Assembly: GCA_965235115.1 (NCBI GenBank)
Contig: OZ249440.1
Coordinates: 15,531,001 to 15,564,000, forward strand
Direction: 5' to 3'
Source of the DNA: Laetmonice hystrix
Lineage: Eukaryota
DNA length: 33,000 bases
Below the pieces are notes generated by a model. It saw only the letters and a program-made list of their open reading frames with translations, was not told the DNA's origin and made no database searches. Each line of letters begins with the position of its first letter. Position 1 is the first letter of the stretch. Shown here in pieces: positions 11,035-22,570 of the stretch. The position numbers and the translations under genes were made by a program.

Positions 11035-12203
11035 GCAGCTGTAATCTGTCCTATGTTCCTCATATACACACACCCATAATCTGCCCCATGGTCCTCATAC
11101 ACACAGCTGTAGTCTGCCCCATGGTCCTCATATACACACAGCTGTAATCTGCCCTATGGTCCTCATATACACACGGCTGTAATCTGCCTCATGGTCCTTA
11201 TACACACAGCTGTAATCTGCTCCATGGTCCTCATATACACAGCTGTAATCTGCTCCATGGTCCTCATACACACGGCTGTAATCTGCCCCATGGTCCTCAT
11301 ACACACAGCTGTAATCTGCCCCATGGTCCTCATACACACAGCTGTAATCTGCCCCATGGTCCTCATATAGACACAGCTGTAATCTGCCCCATGGTCCTCA
11401 TACACACAGCTGTAATCTGCCCCATGGTCCTCATATAGACACAGCTGTAATCTGCCCCATGGTCCTCATATAGACACAGCTGTAATCTGCCCCATGGTCC
11501 TCATACACACAGCTGTAATCTGCCCCATGGTCCTCATATAGACACAGCTGTAATCTGCCCCATGGTCCTCATACACACAGCTGTAATCTGCCCCATGGTC
11601 CTCATATAGACACAGCTGTAATCTGCCCCATGGTCCTCATATAGACACAGCTGTAATCTGCCCCATGGTCCTCATACACACAGCTGTAATCTGCCCCATG
11701 GTCCTCATATAGACACAGCTGCAATCTGCCCCATGGTCCTCATACACACAGCTGTAATCTGCCCCATGGTCCTCATACACACAGCTGTAATCTGCCCCAT
11801 GGTCCTCATATAGACACAGCTGTAATCTGCCCCATGGTCCTCATACACACAGCTGCAATCTGCCCCATGGTCCTTATATAGACACAGCTGTAATCTGCCC
11901 CATTGTCCTCATATAGACACAGCTGTAATATGCCCCATGGTCCTCATACACACAGCTGTAATCTGCCCCATGGTCCTCATACACACAGCTGCAATCTGCC
12001 CCATGGTCCTCATATAGACACAGCTGTAATCTGCCCCATTGTCCTCATATAGACACAGCTGTAATCTGCCCCATGGTCCTCATACACACAGCTGTAATCT
12101 GCCCCATGGTCCTCATACACACAGCTGCAATCTGCCCCATGGTCCTCATATAGACACAGCTGTAATCTGCCCCATGGTCCTCATATAGACACAGCTGTAA
12201 TCT
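11035..12203. repeat. Minisatellite A, ~35 units of 33/35 bp (GCTGTAATCTGCCCCATGGTCCTCATA[CAC|TAGAC]ACA)
   Basis: 35 unit starts counted by hand. 5' units are more diverged and a degenerate precursor lies at ~10994-11013. The array ends 21 nt before the exon start at 12225. Confidence 0.98.
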
Positions 12204-12224
12204 AAGCCTCTTGTCTCCCCACAG

Positions 12225-12313
12225 GGTACAACCATCTTGAGGCAACCATCATCAGCGTTGAGACCTTTCAGAAGTCAAAGCTCCGCCTGAAGGAGAGCCC
12301 ACCCATTGCGTAA
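12225..12313 (+). CDS. Candidate terminal coding exon (xYNHLEATIISVETFQKSKLRLKESPPIA*), product unknown
   Basis: Strong acceptor (tctaagcctcttgtctccccacAG), 28 sense codons with strong G/C third-position bias, then TAA followed by TGA. AATAAA signals lie ~390 nt downstream. Confidence 0.65.
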
Positions 12314-12705
12314 TGACGTCATCTAATGAGATGACCCGGATGGGGTTAAAAGGTTCACCCGGCCAACGACGGCGACGCTAACGCTAACCTTCCAGATGTC
12401 TCAATCATTATGACGTAATCTCATTACCCACCATTCAAGGAAGAAGTCGGCCCATGGATAAATATAACACTTTAACCAAACAAGTCTAAGTTGGCGCCGT
12501 CCGGATTCAATAGCAAAGACATTGGTTAAATTGTCGTTTTGATATTCATCTAAATTAGGCGTTCTAAGGGCGTCACGTACACGATGGATGAAGATATTTT
12601 GTACGATCACTGGATTACATCATTAGAGGTAGTCGCAATATGTGCTCGCTGAATGGTCCGTATGAAAATCGTATTACTGTAGTAAACAGAATATAGAAAA
12701 TGTAA

Positions 12706-12716
12706 AATAAAATAAA
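12706..12716 (+). terminator. Two overlapping AATAAA polyadenylation signals for the putative + strand gene
   Basis: AATAAA at 12706 and 12711, downstream of the stop at 12311-12313. The context is A-rich, so chance occurrence is possible. Confidence 0.35.
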
Positions 12717-13690
12717 AACACACACACACACAAAGTGGACAGTGTAACTTCCCAAAGGTGTCGTTTGTGAATCGTTTGATGAGAGGGCAGTCATTATACG
12801 CCAAGTAATATAATTTAGCATTGCTGACATGTGTCTATACCTCTCTCGCTCTCTCTGCCTTATAATTGTTCCTGACTACTGATATAGGATCTCTTCTTCT
12901 CTGTGTATAATGACTATACGCCAACACTTTCAAACACTTGTTGTTGCTGTCACGAACCGTTTTATCAGGTGATGTGACAGTAAAAATATGGCGAGCTCGC
13001 GTGTTTGTTTGTATACCGTGACGACCATCACAATCCCCCTACATGATGTCGTGGCACGCCGCGATGTTATTGTCGCCGACATTTTGTCCGGCACGCCATG
13101 CCTGGTAATGTGTGTGGTATAGGTTTAATGATTACCACTTAGGTAGGTTTCATTGGGTGGAGTGGGAGCCCACCACGCCCAGTAATAATGACACCTGTAC
13201 ACGTTACCTGGACTTGGCTCACTCACAGTCAACACATCGCTAACATGTACTCGGGAAACCACGATAAGGCCTACATGCATGGACTCTGCAGACCTAAACA
13301 TTATGTGTAGGAATGAGATTGTTAGGGGCTGCCGATATCGACAGGAAATCTACAACGGGATGTAAAAACTACTTCTTTTTTAAACTATATGGTCTGATAA
13401 AGGACGCATCCACACACTGAGTATAGTGTCCTATAACTAGATCTAACTAGATCAAAACTTTACCTTATCGTCCGAGGGGAGTCTCTGTGATAGCCCGTAT
13501 ATATAGTAAAACGAACCCGCTATGTTCTGAGTAGGCCTACAATGTAGGCCTCTATATCAACTGTCAAGGCATCCAACCCAACCCCCGTCTGCCGCCACTT
13601 TGTAAAGTAATACGTGAAGAACCCCAATGTCCGATACAGGAGAATCCGTCGCTGACATTGATATTCTGACACGGACCCTCGCGGATAGTG

Positions 13691-14927
13691 ATCACACGGA
13701 CAGCCATGAACCCGGCTGTGATCACACGGACAGCCATGAACCCGGCTGTGATATCATATGTAAACATGGACAGCCATGAACCAGGCTGTAATATCATATA
13801 GACACACGGACAGCCATGGCTGTGATATCATATATAAACATGGACAGCCATGAACCAGGCTGTGATATCATATAGTCCCACGGACAGCCATGAACCAGGC
13901 TGTGATATCATATAGATACACGGACAGCCATGAACCAGGCTGTGATATCATATAGACACACGGACAGCCATGAACCAGGCTGTGATATAGACACACGGAC
14001 AGCCATGAACCAGGCTGTGATATAGACACACGGACAGCCATGAACCAGGCTGTGATATCATATAGACACACGGACAGCCATGAACCAGGCTGTGATATCA
14101 TATAGACACACAGACAGCCATGAGCCAGGCTGTGATATCATAGACACACGGACAGCCATGAACTAGGCTGTGATATCATATAGACACACGGACAGCCATG
14201 AACCAGGCTGTGATATCATATAGACACACGGACAGCCATGAACCAGGCTGTGATATCATATAGACACACGGACAGCCATGAACTAGGCTGTGATATCATA
14301 TAGACACACGGACAGCCATGAACCAGGCTGTGATATCATAGACACACGGACAGCCATGAACTAGGCTGTGATATCATATAGACACACGGACAGCCATGAA
14401 CCAGGCTGTGATATCATATAGACACACGGACAGCCATGAACCAGGCTGTGATATCATTTAGACACATGGACAGCCATGAACCAGGCTGTGATATCATATA
14501 GACACACGGACAGCCATGAACCAGGCTGTGATATCATATAGACACACGGACAGCCATGAACCAGGCTGTGATATCATATAGACACACGGACAGCCATGAA
14601 CCAGGCTGTGATATCATAGACACACGGACAGCCATGAACTAGGCTGTGATATCATATAGACACACGGACAGCCATGAACCAGACTGTGATATCATATAGA
14701 CACACGGACAGCCATGAACCAGACTGTGATATCATATAGACACACGGACAGCCATGAACCAGACTGTGATATCATATAGACACACGGACAGCCATGAACC
14801 AGGCTGTGACACCATATAGACACACGGACAGCCATGAACCAGACTGTGATATCATATAGACACACGGACAGCCATGAACCAGGCTGTGATATCATATAGA
14901 CACACGGACAGCCATGAACCAGGCTGT
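13691..14927. repeat. Minisatellite B, ~32 units, mostly 40 bp with 30-38 bp variants (GACACACGGACAGCCATGAACCAGGCTGTGATATCATATA)
   Basis: 40-bp periodicity read directly (e.g. 14461, 14501, 14541). 5' units are more diverged. Each unit contains an ACAGCC/GGCTGT stem with an 8-nt loop. Confidence 0.98.
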
Positions 14928-15289
14928 ACAGATATTACTGACAAGGTTAGGGTCGGAGGGATGACTGGAGAGGCGAGCAGACTATACGATCTGTCTACCT
15001 AATGCCTATGTCTGTGTATAAGACCACTTGGTCACACCATAACATTAATAGGCCTACTTTTTTCTGCGAGATTACCAAGGCTCATCTGATTGTGGTGTTT
15101 ACGGCCTCAAGGAGCACGTCTATACCTGTGTATGAACATAAGATCGAGGTCAGGCACTGTTTAATTTATGAGACAAACGTTATCCTTTGAGACAAAGTCA
15201 AACGTCGGGTGAAGGATGCCCCATAAAACATTTCACAGAGTGAACCCTTGGCCGTGTATAGAGTCCATGAATAGTGATGGTGTTTTTGT

Positions 15290-16770
15290 GATGCCTCGGG
15301 GACCGTATGTGGGCCGTGGGCGGTGGGAGTCGTACGGCGGCCGGGGTCGGGCGGCGGCCGGGCGGGCGGCGGCCGGGTGTGCAGGCCACAATGGCCGGGC
15401 GGGCGGGCCAGGACTGCGGGGTGGCCCGGGTGGTGGGATGGGGGGCGCCGCGAGAGGTGGCCGAGCCTGCCCCAGGTGTGTCACTGACACCACACGTCCC
15501 CGACAGCGCCTCCATTCACCGCCGTGTCGGTGATGACACCAAGCTCGACTGGAGGCCAATCAAGTGTCCTGTGGTCCGACCAAATATAATAGACCGATGT
15601 CTGTACTCTAACCCACCCCGCCCGCCCCACCCTAAAACTCGACCAGCACGTCGTATACAATAGACTACCACTACTCATTTTTACCCACCAGCACAATTCA
15701 CGCAGCATTGGCTGTTTTATTACGCGATAAATGGGATGGAAATGAAGGAATTTACAGGTTGGAGGCGGTCCAGGTGTTAAAGGGATGTGAAGCATGCGGT
15801 CTGCAGGCCCGGACCTCTCCGTCTCCCCGGCCCGGGAGATGTGGAGATGTATCACCCCGGGCCGGGAGATGTGTCACCCCGGACCTCTCCGTCTCTACGG
15901 GCCGGGGGATGTGGCACCCCGGGCCGGGCGATGTATCACCCCGGGCCGGGGGATGTGGCACCCCGGGCCGGAAGATGTGGAGATGTGGCACCCCGGGCCG
16001 GGAGATGTATCACCCCGGGCCGGGGGATGTGGCACCCCGGGCCGGGGGATGTGGCACCCCGGGCCGGGCAGGAGGTCGGCTCAGCACGAGGTCGTATCGA
16101 GTAGCCTATTCGGACCTGAACCATGTCCCCGGCGACCCCGCCCAATGTCCACACTGTCCCAATCCCCTGGGACACCGACCGCTAATTGATAAAAAGAACA
16201 CCGCTGGATATGGTCAGTACATAGGGTTGTTTTATTATGATCTGAGCATGATGCCTACAGCTATGGTCGGTCCACCGTGTGCCGGCTTCTTTCAACTAAA
16301 CCACTTAGTACTAATTTAACCTATAACAAAGTTAAAAAGAAACCCCCTGCTATGTCAAAATAAAGGCTAAAGAGAGTATATCAGAGAGATATAGAGAAAG
16401 AAGAAAGGGGTGAGAAAGAGAACCCGTGTCAAACGAGAGAATCCGATCAGAGAAAGGGAGCACGCATGCATGCATGCATGGTGTGGTGGCGGTGCGTGCA
16501 TGCACAAAGAGACAGCGAGCCCTCGGAGTCGGCCGTCACCAGCCGGGAGCCGCGAGCGTCAGGTGCGGCCGCCTCACGCTGCCAACAATGACACCAGTGT
16601 CGACCTCGAGCTCAGCCCTAGGGCCACGACTTCCGACCGCCCGCCCGCCCGGTCGGTCGGCTAGCCGGCCGGGGGGAGGACGGAGGGAGGCCCGGGCGGG
16701 CGGGAGGGAGGGCCTGGCGGCCGTCGCTGACGTGACCACGGCCCCTTAACTGGCGTGGAGGTGTCCAATG
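15290..16770. other. GC- and CpG-rich island with GGCGGGC/GGCC low-complexity tracts, function unresolved
   Basis: Visibly high GC and CpG density at 15290-15560, 15800-16150 and 16500-16770. ORFs here are low-complexity and show no recognisable domain. Confidence 0.55.
15825..16068. repeat. GC-rich minisatellite, ~10 units of ~22 bp (CACCCCGGGCCGGGGGATGTGG)
   Basis: Regular 22-bp spacing at 15917, 15939, 15961 and 15991, 16013, 16035, 16057. Each unit contains the odd palindrome CCCCGG-G-CCGGGG. CCGGACCTCTCCGTCTC occurs twice at the 5' end. Confidence 0.95.
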
Positions 16771-16949
16771 GACGGTGTACGGCACACCTCTAACTCTAAT
16801 TAGACGCTGTCGGTGGGCGGATTGTCTTTCCTCTCCTATTTTCCGCGGATGTTACGTGAGGTTCCGCTGCTTTCAGAATCAGGGCGGCATTTTGTTCATA
16901 TCCTTCGTTTTCAATACTGTAGCCGATGATAGAACTTTATAGGCCTCTA

Positions 16950-17103
16950 CATGGGCGTCGCTAGTATTTTTTCCTGGGGGGGGGGGGGGGGCTGATATTG
17001 GCGTTTCACGTTAATTTTAATACACGTTAATACAATTTACTTTTTTCTTATATTTTCCAGGGGGCATGTGCCCCCTTGCCCCCCCCCCCCCGCGTCGCCC
17101 ATG
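16950..17103 (-). mobile_element. hAT-like MITE, 154 bp, 12-bp terminal inverted repeats CATGGGCGTCGC / GCGTCGCCCATG
   Basis: Terminal repeats match at 11 of 12 positions, with CA...TG ends, an internal poly-G and an AT-rich core, plus a related copy at 10030. No exact 8-bp target duplication (GGCCTCTA vs CTGCCTCT), so the superfamily call is inference. Confidence 0.75.
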
Positions 17104-17106
17104 CTG

Positions 17107-17107
<1 letters not shown>

Positions 17108-17165
<58 letters not shown>

Positions 17166-17176
17166 CTCTCTCTCTC
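17108..17176. repeat. (CT)n microsatellite with one interruption, abutting the MITE end
   Basis: Read directly from the sequence. Confidence 0.97.
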
Positions 17177-17520
17177 CTTCCCTGTTATAGTATAGTTCAG
17201 TTTTAAAATAACAGGATGATTGTTTTCATATGACATCAAACGTGCAACGCTTGCCCACTAAAAAGGGTTTTTCCTTCCTAATCAATTGCACGTCGCCTGG
17301 CCGTTGATACATTTCCTGCTAATGTGATTCAATCTCACTGAATTCAGAAGTTTAATTATGATTATTAAATGATGATTAACTTTCGTCACTAACATATGGC
17401 TTTAGTTACCAGGGCCTGACCCAGCCTGGCAGGTTTTAGGGGTTCTACTATGATTCAAGTCAGGGGAAACGAATAGGGAGCACAGCAATATTTTTGTCTG
17501 TCCCTCAAGGGTTCTCATTC

Positions 17521-18048
17521 GTTGTAAACGGGTGGGAGTGCCCCCTGGCCCACCCCACCCCACAGTTGTGAACGGGTGGGGGTGCCCCCTGGCCCACCCC
17601 ACCCCACATCGTGAACGGGTGGGGGTGCCCCCTGGCCCACCCCACCCCACATCGTGAACGGGTGGGGGTGCCCCCTGGCCCACCCCACCCCACATCGTGA
17701 ACGGGTGGGGGTGCCCCCTGGCCCACCCCACCCCACATCGTGAACGGGTGGGGGTGCCCCCTGGCCCACCCCACCCCACATCGTGAACGGGTGGGGGTGC
17801 CCCCTGGCCCACCCCACCCCACATCGTGAACGGGTGGGGGTGCCCCCTGGCCCACCCCACCCCACATCGTGAACGGGTGGGGGTGCCCCCTGGCCCACCC
17901 CACCCCACAGTTGTGAACGGGTGGGGGTGCCCCCTGGCCCACCCCACCCCACATCGTTGTGAACGGGTGGGGGTGCCCCCTGGCCCACCCCACCCCACAT
18001 CGTTGTGAACGGGTGGGGGTGCCCCCTGGCCCACCCCACCCCACCCCA
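17521..18048. repeat. GC-rich minisatellite, 12 units of 43-46 bp (GTGAACGGGTGGGGGTGCCCCCTGGCCCACCCCACCCCACATC)
   Basis: Unit starts at 17524, 17568, 17611, 17654, 17697, 17740, 17783, 17826, 17869, 17913, 17959 and 18005. Confidence 0.98.
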
Positions 18049-18318
18049 AGTAGCGCGTTGATGTTTGCAATGAGACCAAGGGACGACAGCCTTCCAGCCA
18101 ACCAACTCCTCCTCATAGAATAATTTGTCAATGGATGACGCGCCACCGTGAGGCCGACTGATGCCAGGATTGTGTGTATAATTGCGAGGTGGTCTATACC
18201 GAGGCTATGTCAGGCGCTGGCCACATCGCATGTAGAGAAATAATGTAGGTCGGCCGCCTGCCCTGTCGATGCTCATTATGGGCGATCCATGGCCCTTTAT
18301 TAAACCAAGACCACAACG

Positions 18319-18334
18319 TAGCGCCCCCTGTCGG
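18319..18334 (-). promoter_or_regulatory. CTCF-like motif CCGACAGGGGGCGCTA
   Basis: Close match to the CTCF core consensus (mismatch at position 4, tolerated G at position 3). Motif only. Confidence 0.4.
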
Positions 18335-21300
18335 ACACAGTTTGCTCCAGACCTTGCTCATCAGGCTATATATGACAGTTGATGAAGATCTATGCTGAAG
18401 TCGCAAAAGACTGCCAACGTAAGAGTAATGGGTACACATACATTATACATGCCTTTAAATGTAAAAATGTGCCTGTATATAAACCTATATGCAAGCATCA
18501 AAGCCACATGTATGTATGTTTACGAGCTATGCGTATTGTGTGGTATAAACCATGGACGTGCACGTAATCAACTTGACCCTATAGGTGCGTACGTACATAG
18601 GCCCTCTACATCAAATCACGCGTGCTGGACTCACATGTCGTGGTCGTCTTTTTCTCGGGTGCTGTTATTTCTTTTTCTCTCCCATCACTTCTCGCCTCCC
18701 ATTCGCCATTATGCCGGGATTCAATCTAACTGGTGCAATACTTATCTTCTGCTATATTCAGAGCATTCTGAAGTTTAACTATAGGATAAGCATGATGTAT
18801 TGTAGAGATATCGAGCCCTTCAATCTGCCCTAAATGAAAGCATACATCCTGGTTCTCTCTACCCTGACAGTGATCGTGCATGATCTCAACAGGTGACATA
18901 GATGTTAATTATATTGTTCAGGTGTGTTCATACAATGATTGATAACGTGGTCATAGAGACTGACGTTCAGCCAGGCACGTTCACCGCCCTACATCCACAC
19001 CAACTCCCCACGACTCGGGTTAATGTCATACACGGAATATTGCCACCTTTTAATCTGTCCTCTCCGACCATAACTATGGTCATATAACGGCACATCATAC
19101 AGGAATCATGATTCATTGCAAGCAGCGTGATCAACATAGGAGATCGTCTGGCATTCCTACACGACGTAAATACATAATGAATATTCTACAGCGGGCCGAG
19201 TACTCCAAGCTTAATCCATGGGGGCAATTCACAGGGGACCCCCAGCATGCTCGCACTCGGCGCCAACAGCGAGTTGGAGATTTGTTGGCCCATTCTAAGA
19301 TACATAGACCTCTTGATGATCAACGTTAACGGCTAGAATAATGTATTAATATTTATGATGCAGTGCACGATGGCAGTGGAATCATGATAGTGCGTAAAGG
19401 AGGCATAAATATACTATTTTATGTCGTGGCTTCATTGTTCATTCCATGTTCTTTCATTAGAGGCACATGTCAAAGTGTTTCCACACAAACACTCGTGGCC
19501 GATTAATATCATGTATCATGTTCCCTGTAAGATTAAGACGGCGTATCATGAAGTATATCACGGATATTTATACGTAAAGATGGCACGACACATTCTTCTA
19601 TAGACCAACGAATGTCATCAGTGAAAGGTTTGCTCTAGGAAGTTTGAAGATATATTTTAAATTATCGTTTTACAAAAATTATTTTCAGATCACACCTGCC
19701 TCATTGTGATATTGACCCAATATACCATGCCTATTTCCATATGTAACGTACAAGTACACGTATATACGAGAAAAAACTCTACTTCGCCGCCTTTCTGTGT
19801 CCATTGGCTCGCTTAACATTCTTCGGCAAGATGCTGTATGCATGGACGATTTTCTCAAGCATCAAAACAGGCAATATGTACGTAAGAACTTCTAAAACAT
19901 TATGTAGTCGCTTTAAAATCGAGACGACAGCACGACCTTTACATCACAAATTGTCAAATTTGCAGGCATTCATCTTTACCTGGGCATATTGTAATACATC
20001 ATCGTGTTGGGTGGAAAAAAAGGAGAGAAAAACACACACATAGCTGCCTGTGCATGTCTGCACCCACATGTGGTCTCACACGAAATGTCACACACAAAAG
20101 CTGGCCATGAATAGGTAACCTAGAAATGCTCATCCTAATAACGATATTATAATTGAAGTGAGAGAGGTGAACCATGCACCTGGAATCCTCGATAGCATGT
20201 CCAGCCTGTCAGAGACGGCAGTCGGATACCGACACCCTATATTTCACTCCATGAGAACGATTCCAACCAACGCCCCACCTGTTCTACACAATGATATCCA
20301 ATGTAATAACCATGTTGATAAGGGCCATCACTTCCAGCAAGTTCATTCTCATGCACCATAACACGCCCCCAGTCGGTCCACAGAGCCCAGCATATTTATG
20401 ATATCAGAACGGCTGGTCACAGAAAGTGTTCTGCACAGTTCTTAGAAAGCCTTCCTCACACTGTATGGGGAGGCATATGTTCAGGAATATATCATACCTT
20501 TGTTGAGCTCCTCCTACAGAACTTTCCATCACTTCATATTTTTGTTTCCTGAAGGCCTCTGTCGTACTGTTGACCATTCACAGAAGGCCACACCAATCCG
20601 TGAAATAATATACATCAACATCAGAAATCACATAGATTTGACTGAAAGGAGTACGACATTGTTAACACTTCTGGTGTTACCTTAGAAATGGAGGTGTACG
20701 TATCAGTCAAGGCCAGTCTCTGGGCGGGGATGGCAAAACAACACCAGCAAGAACTATTCCAACCACGGGGACACGCCCTGACACATCCTCCCAGCTCATG
20801 GTAGAAAAACAGGGTGCAATGTTTATGGTGGCAGTAACGAGCTCTCTACTGCCTTTAGTTATCACTGCAACAATATTACGTGCACATTCACAACCCTTGC
20901 CACAAATCTGACCATATCCTATCTCTTGTTGTCAAGATGGCGATCTCGGTTAGATTTCCGTGTTCTAATGATGGTCTCAATATGACAGAAGGTCTGCGTG
21001 TCGTAAGCTCGTCCATCTTCCACCAAAGATAAACTGTAAAATACGTTAACCTTCCACAAGATGGTCAATCGCTTGCTCTCTTTGACAACAACTGCCACTT
21101 ATTCTCGGGGAGATGCTATTTTCTGGCGTCTATGGTGCTGTTACTTTTTGATGACCTCACATTATGTCAGACCGCCTCTCGTTGCCAAAGTTGAGTCTAC
21201 CAATTTGCAAGGTGGCACAAAGACCCCCGCCTAGCTAAAACCAGCCGCTGTTACAAGCTGGGCGGAGAGGTAGCTCTGATGACGGGCATTGATCACAAGG

Positions 21301-22520
21301 GGATGTTTGTATGCCAGTGTCCGACACTGCCAGGCATCGTAAGTGTTCACCATTGTGTTTATGGCGTCTTACCCACACCAGGCCGTTCGATTCTGTGTAC
21401 GATCAACATTTCTCGAACTCTTACTGAATGTCTTTCATCTAGACTGGGGTCGCAGCATTATTACGACGTGGAGGCGCCTCCAGTAATTGGTGGTCACTAC
21501 TGGAAAATGGCCATGCACCTTCATGAATATGATTTTGAGGCAATGTAGTTCCATTCGCCCATCTGGGTTCAATGTGCCTGGAGTTCCTGCATCGGGTGCT
21601 AATACACCAGTACCCTAATATTTCAGCTGGCAGTAATACGTGTTGGTAAAACTTGGGGATCAAGGATAATACCCGTGTTGTGTTTGATATGACAATAACG
21701 GGGCAGAACGCTAACTGGGGTTGTCAAAACACGACCTTGGGAAAATTGAACAGACAGGAAGTGGTAAGATCCCAAAGGTGGTACGGTTTGAAACCCTACC
21801 ATGGTGCAAATGTCAAAATAATAAATGTGTGCATTTCAACCTGATTACTATCATTGAATACGAGATAACCAGTTCATTGTTTAGCATATGTTTTAGTTGT
21901 TAGGAGATCTAGAGAGGGGGTTTCTTAAGTAAGGAAGCCACGTTCCTGCCAGTACGCTGATGGCAACAGACCTCTGTTGCTCTTTTCATTGCAATTAGTC
22001 CTGATTGACAACTCCAAATTGCACACCAGGTGCCCTTAAGTGAATGAACTTGTGAGGGTGGGGTAGGCTGAGGAAATTTAATACCATCCTGTGTGGTCAA
22101 ACCTGTTACCTTTAAAGTATACTTTGTACTTATTTCTGCCTGCCTCGGTATAAGAGGGTTTACCAGGCCTGCAAGGTTTTAGACTGTACAAATGATTTGT
22201 TGATAGACCAGCGTTAAGTTTGCGGGTGGAGACCGACGGCCCACCTGCCCCCAGGCTGGCGCGTGCTGTAATCTGTGGAGAATCTCTGGGCCGGGTCCTG
22301 GAGATCATCACTCACCCGCACATTACACAGGGTCAAGACATCCGGGCTGGCTCCCCCCACCCCACCCAACCCCAGCCCAAGCCCCAACCCTACCCACTGA
22401 CGGCATTCCGAGCAAGTTGACGTTTTGACCAACGTCTGGTTTCAAAGACAAACAGCCCCTGCCAGGGACGCTGGCTACCACATGTTGTGGCGTTGTGTTA
22501 GGTGTTGGCAATGAACGACC

Positions 22521-22570
22521 GCGCATGCGTCGATGGCGCACAAAGCGGCGGAAGTAGACGAACATGTGGC
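22521..22570. promoter_or_regulatory. Candidate housekeeping-type promoter (NRF1-like GCGCATGCGT, GATGGCG, ETS-like CGGAAGT)
   Basis: Three motifs typical of TATA-less animal promoters within 35 bp of a CpG-rich patch. No transcript evidence and the direction is unknown. Confidence 0.4.

Noticed and set aside
15532-15546. DDTKL resembling the LINE reverse transcriptase ADD motif
   Set aside because: It reads VGDD, not (Y/F)ADD, and no other RT motifs lie nearby.
15533-16604. 14/17 match between ATGACACCAAGCTCGAC (15533) and ATGACACCAGTGTCGAC (16588), suggesting paralogous exons
   Set aside because: Too short, the similarity does not extend, and no consistent exon chain could be built.
11128-18146. 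Long ORFs in the track (YEDHGADYSCV, ISQPGSWLSV, GPGDVAPRAG and WGGPGGTPTRS repeats; up to 225 aa)
   Set aside because: They are translations of minisatellites open in several frames at once, with no splice or codon-bias support.
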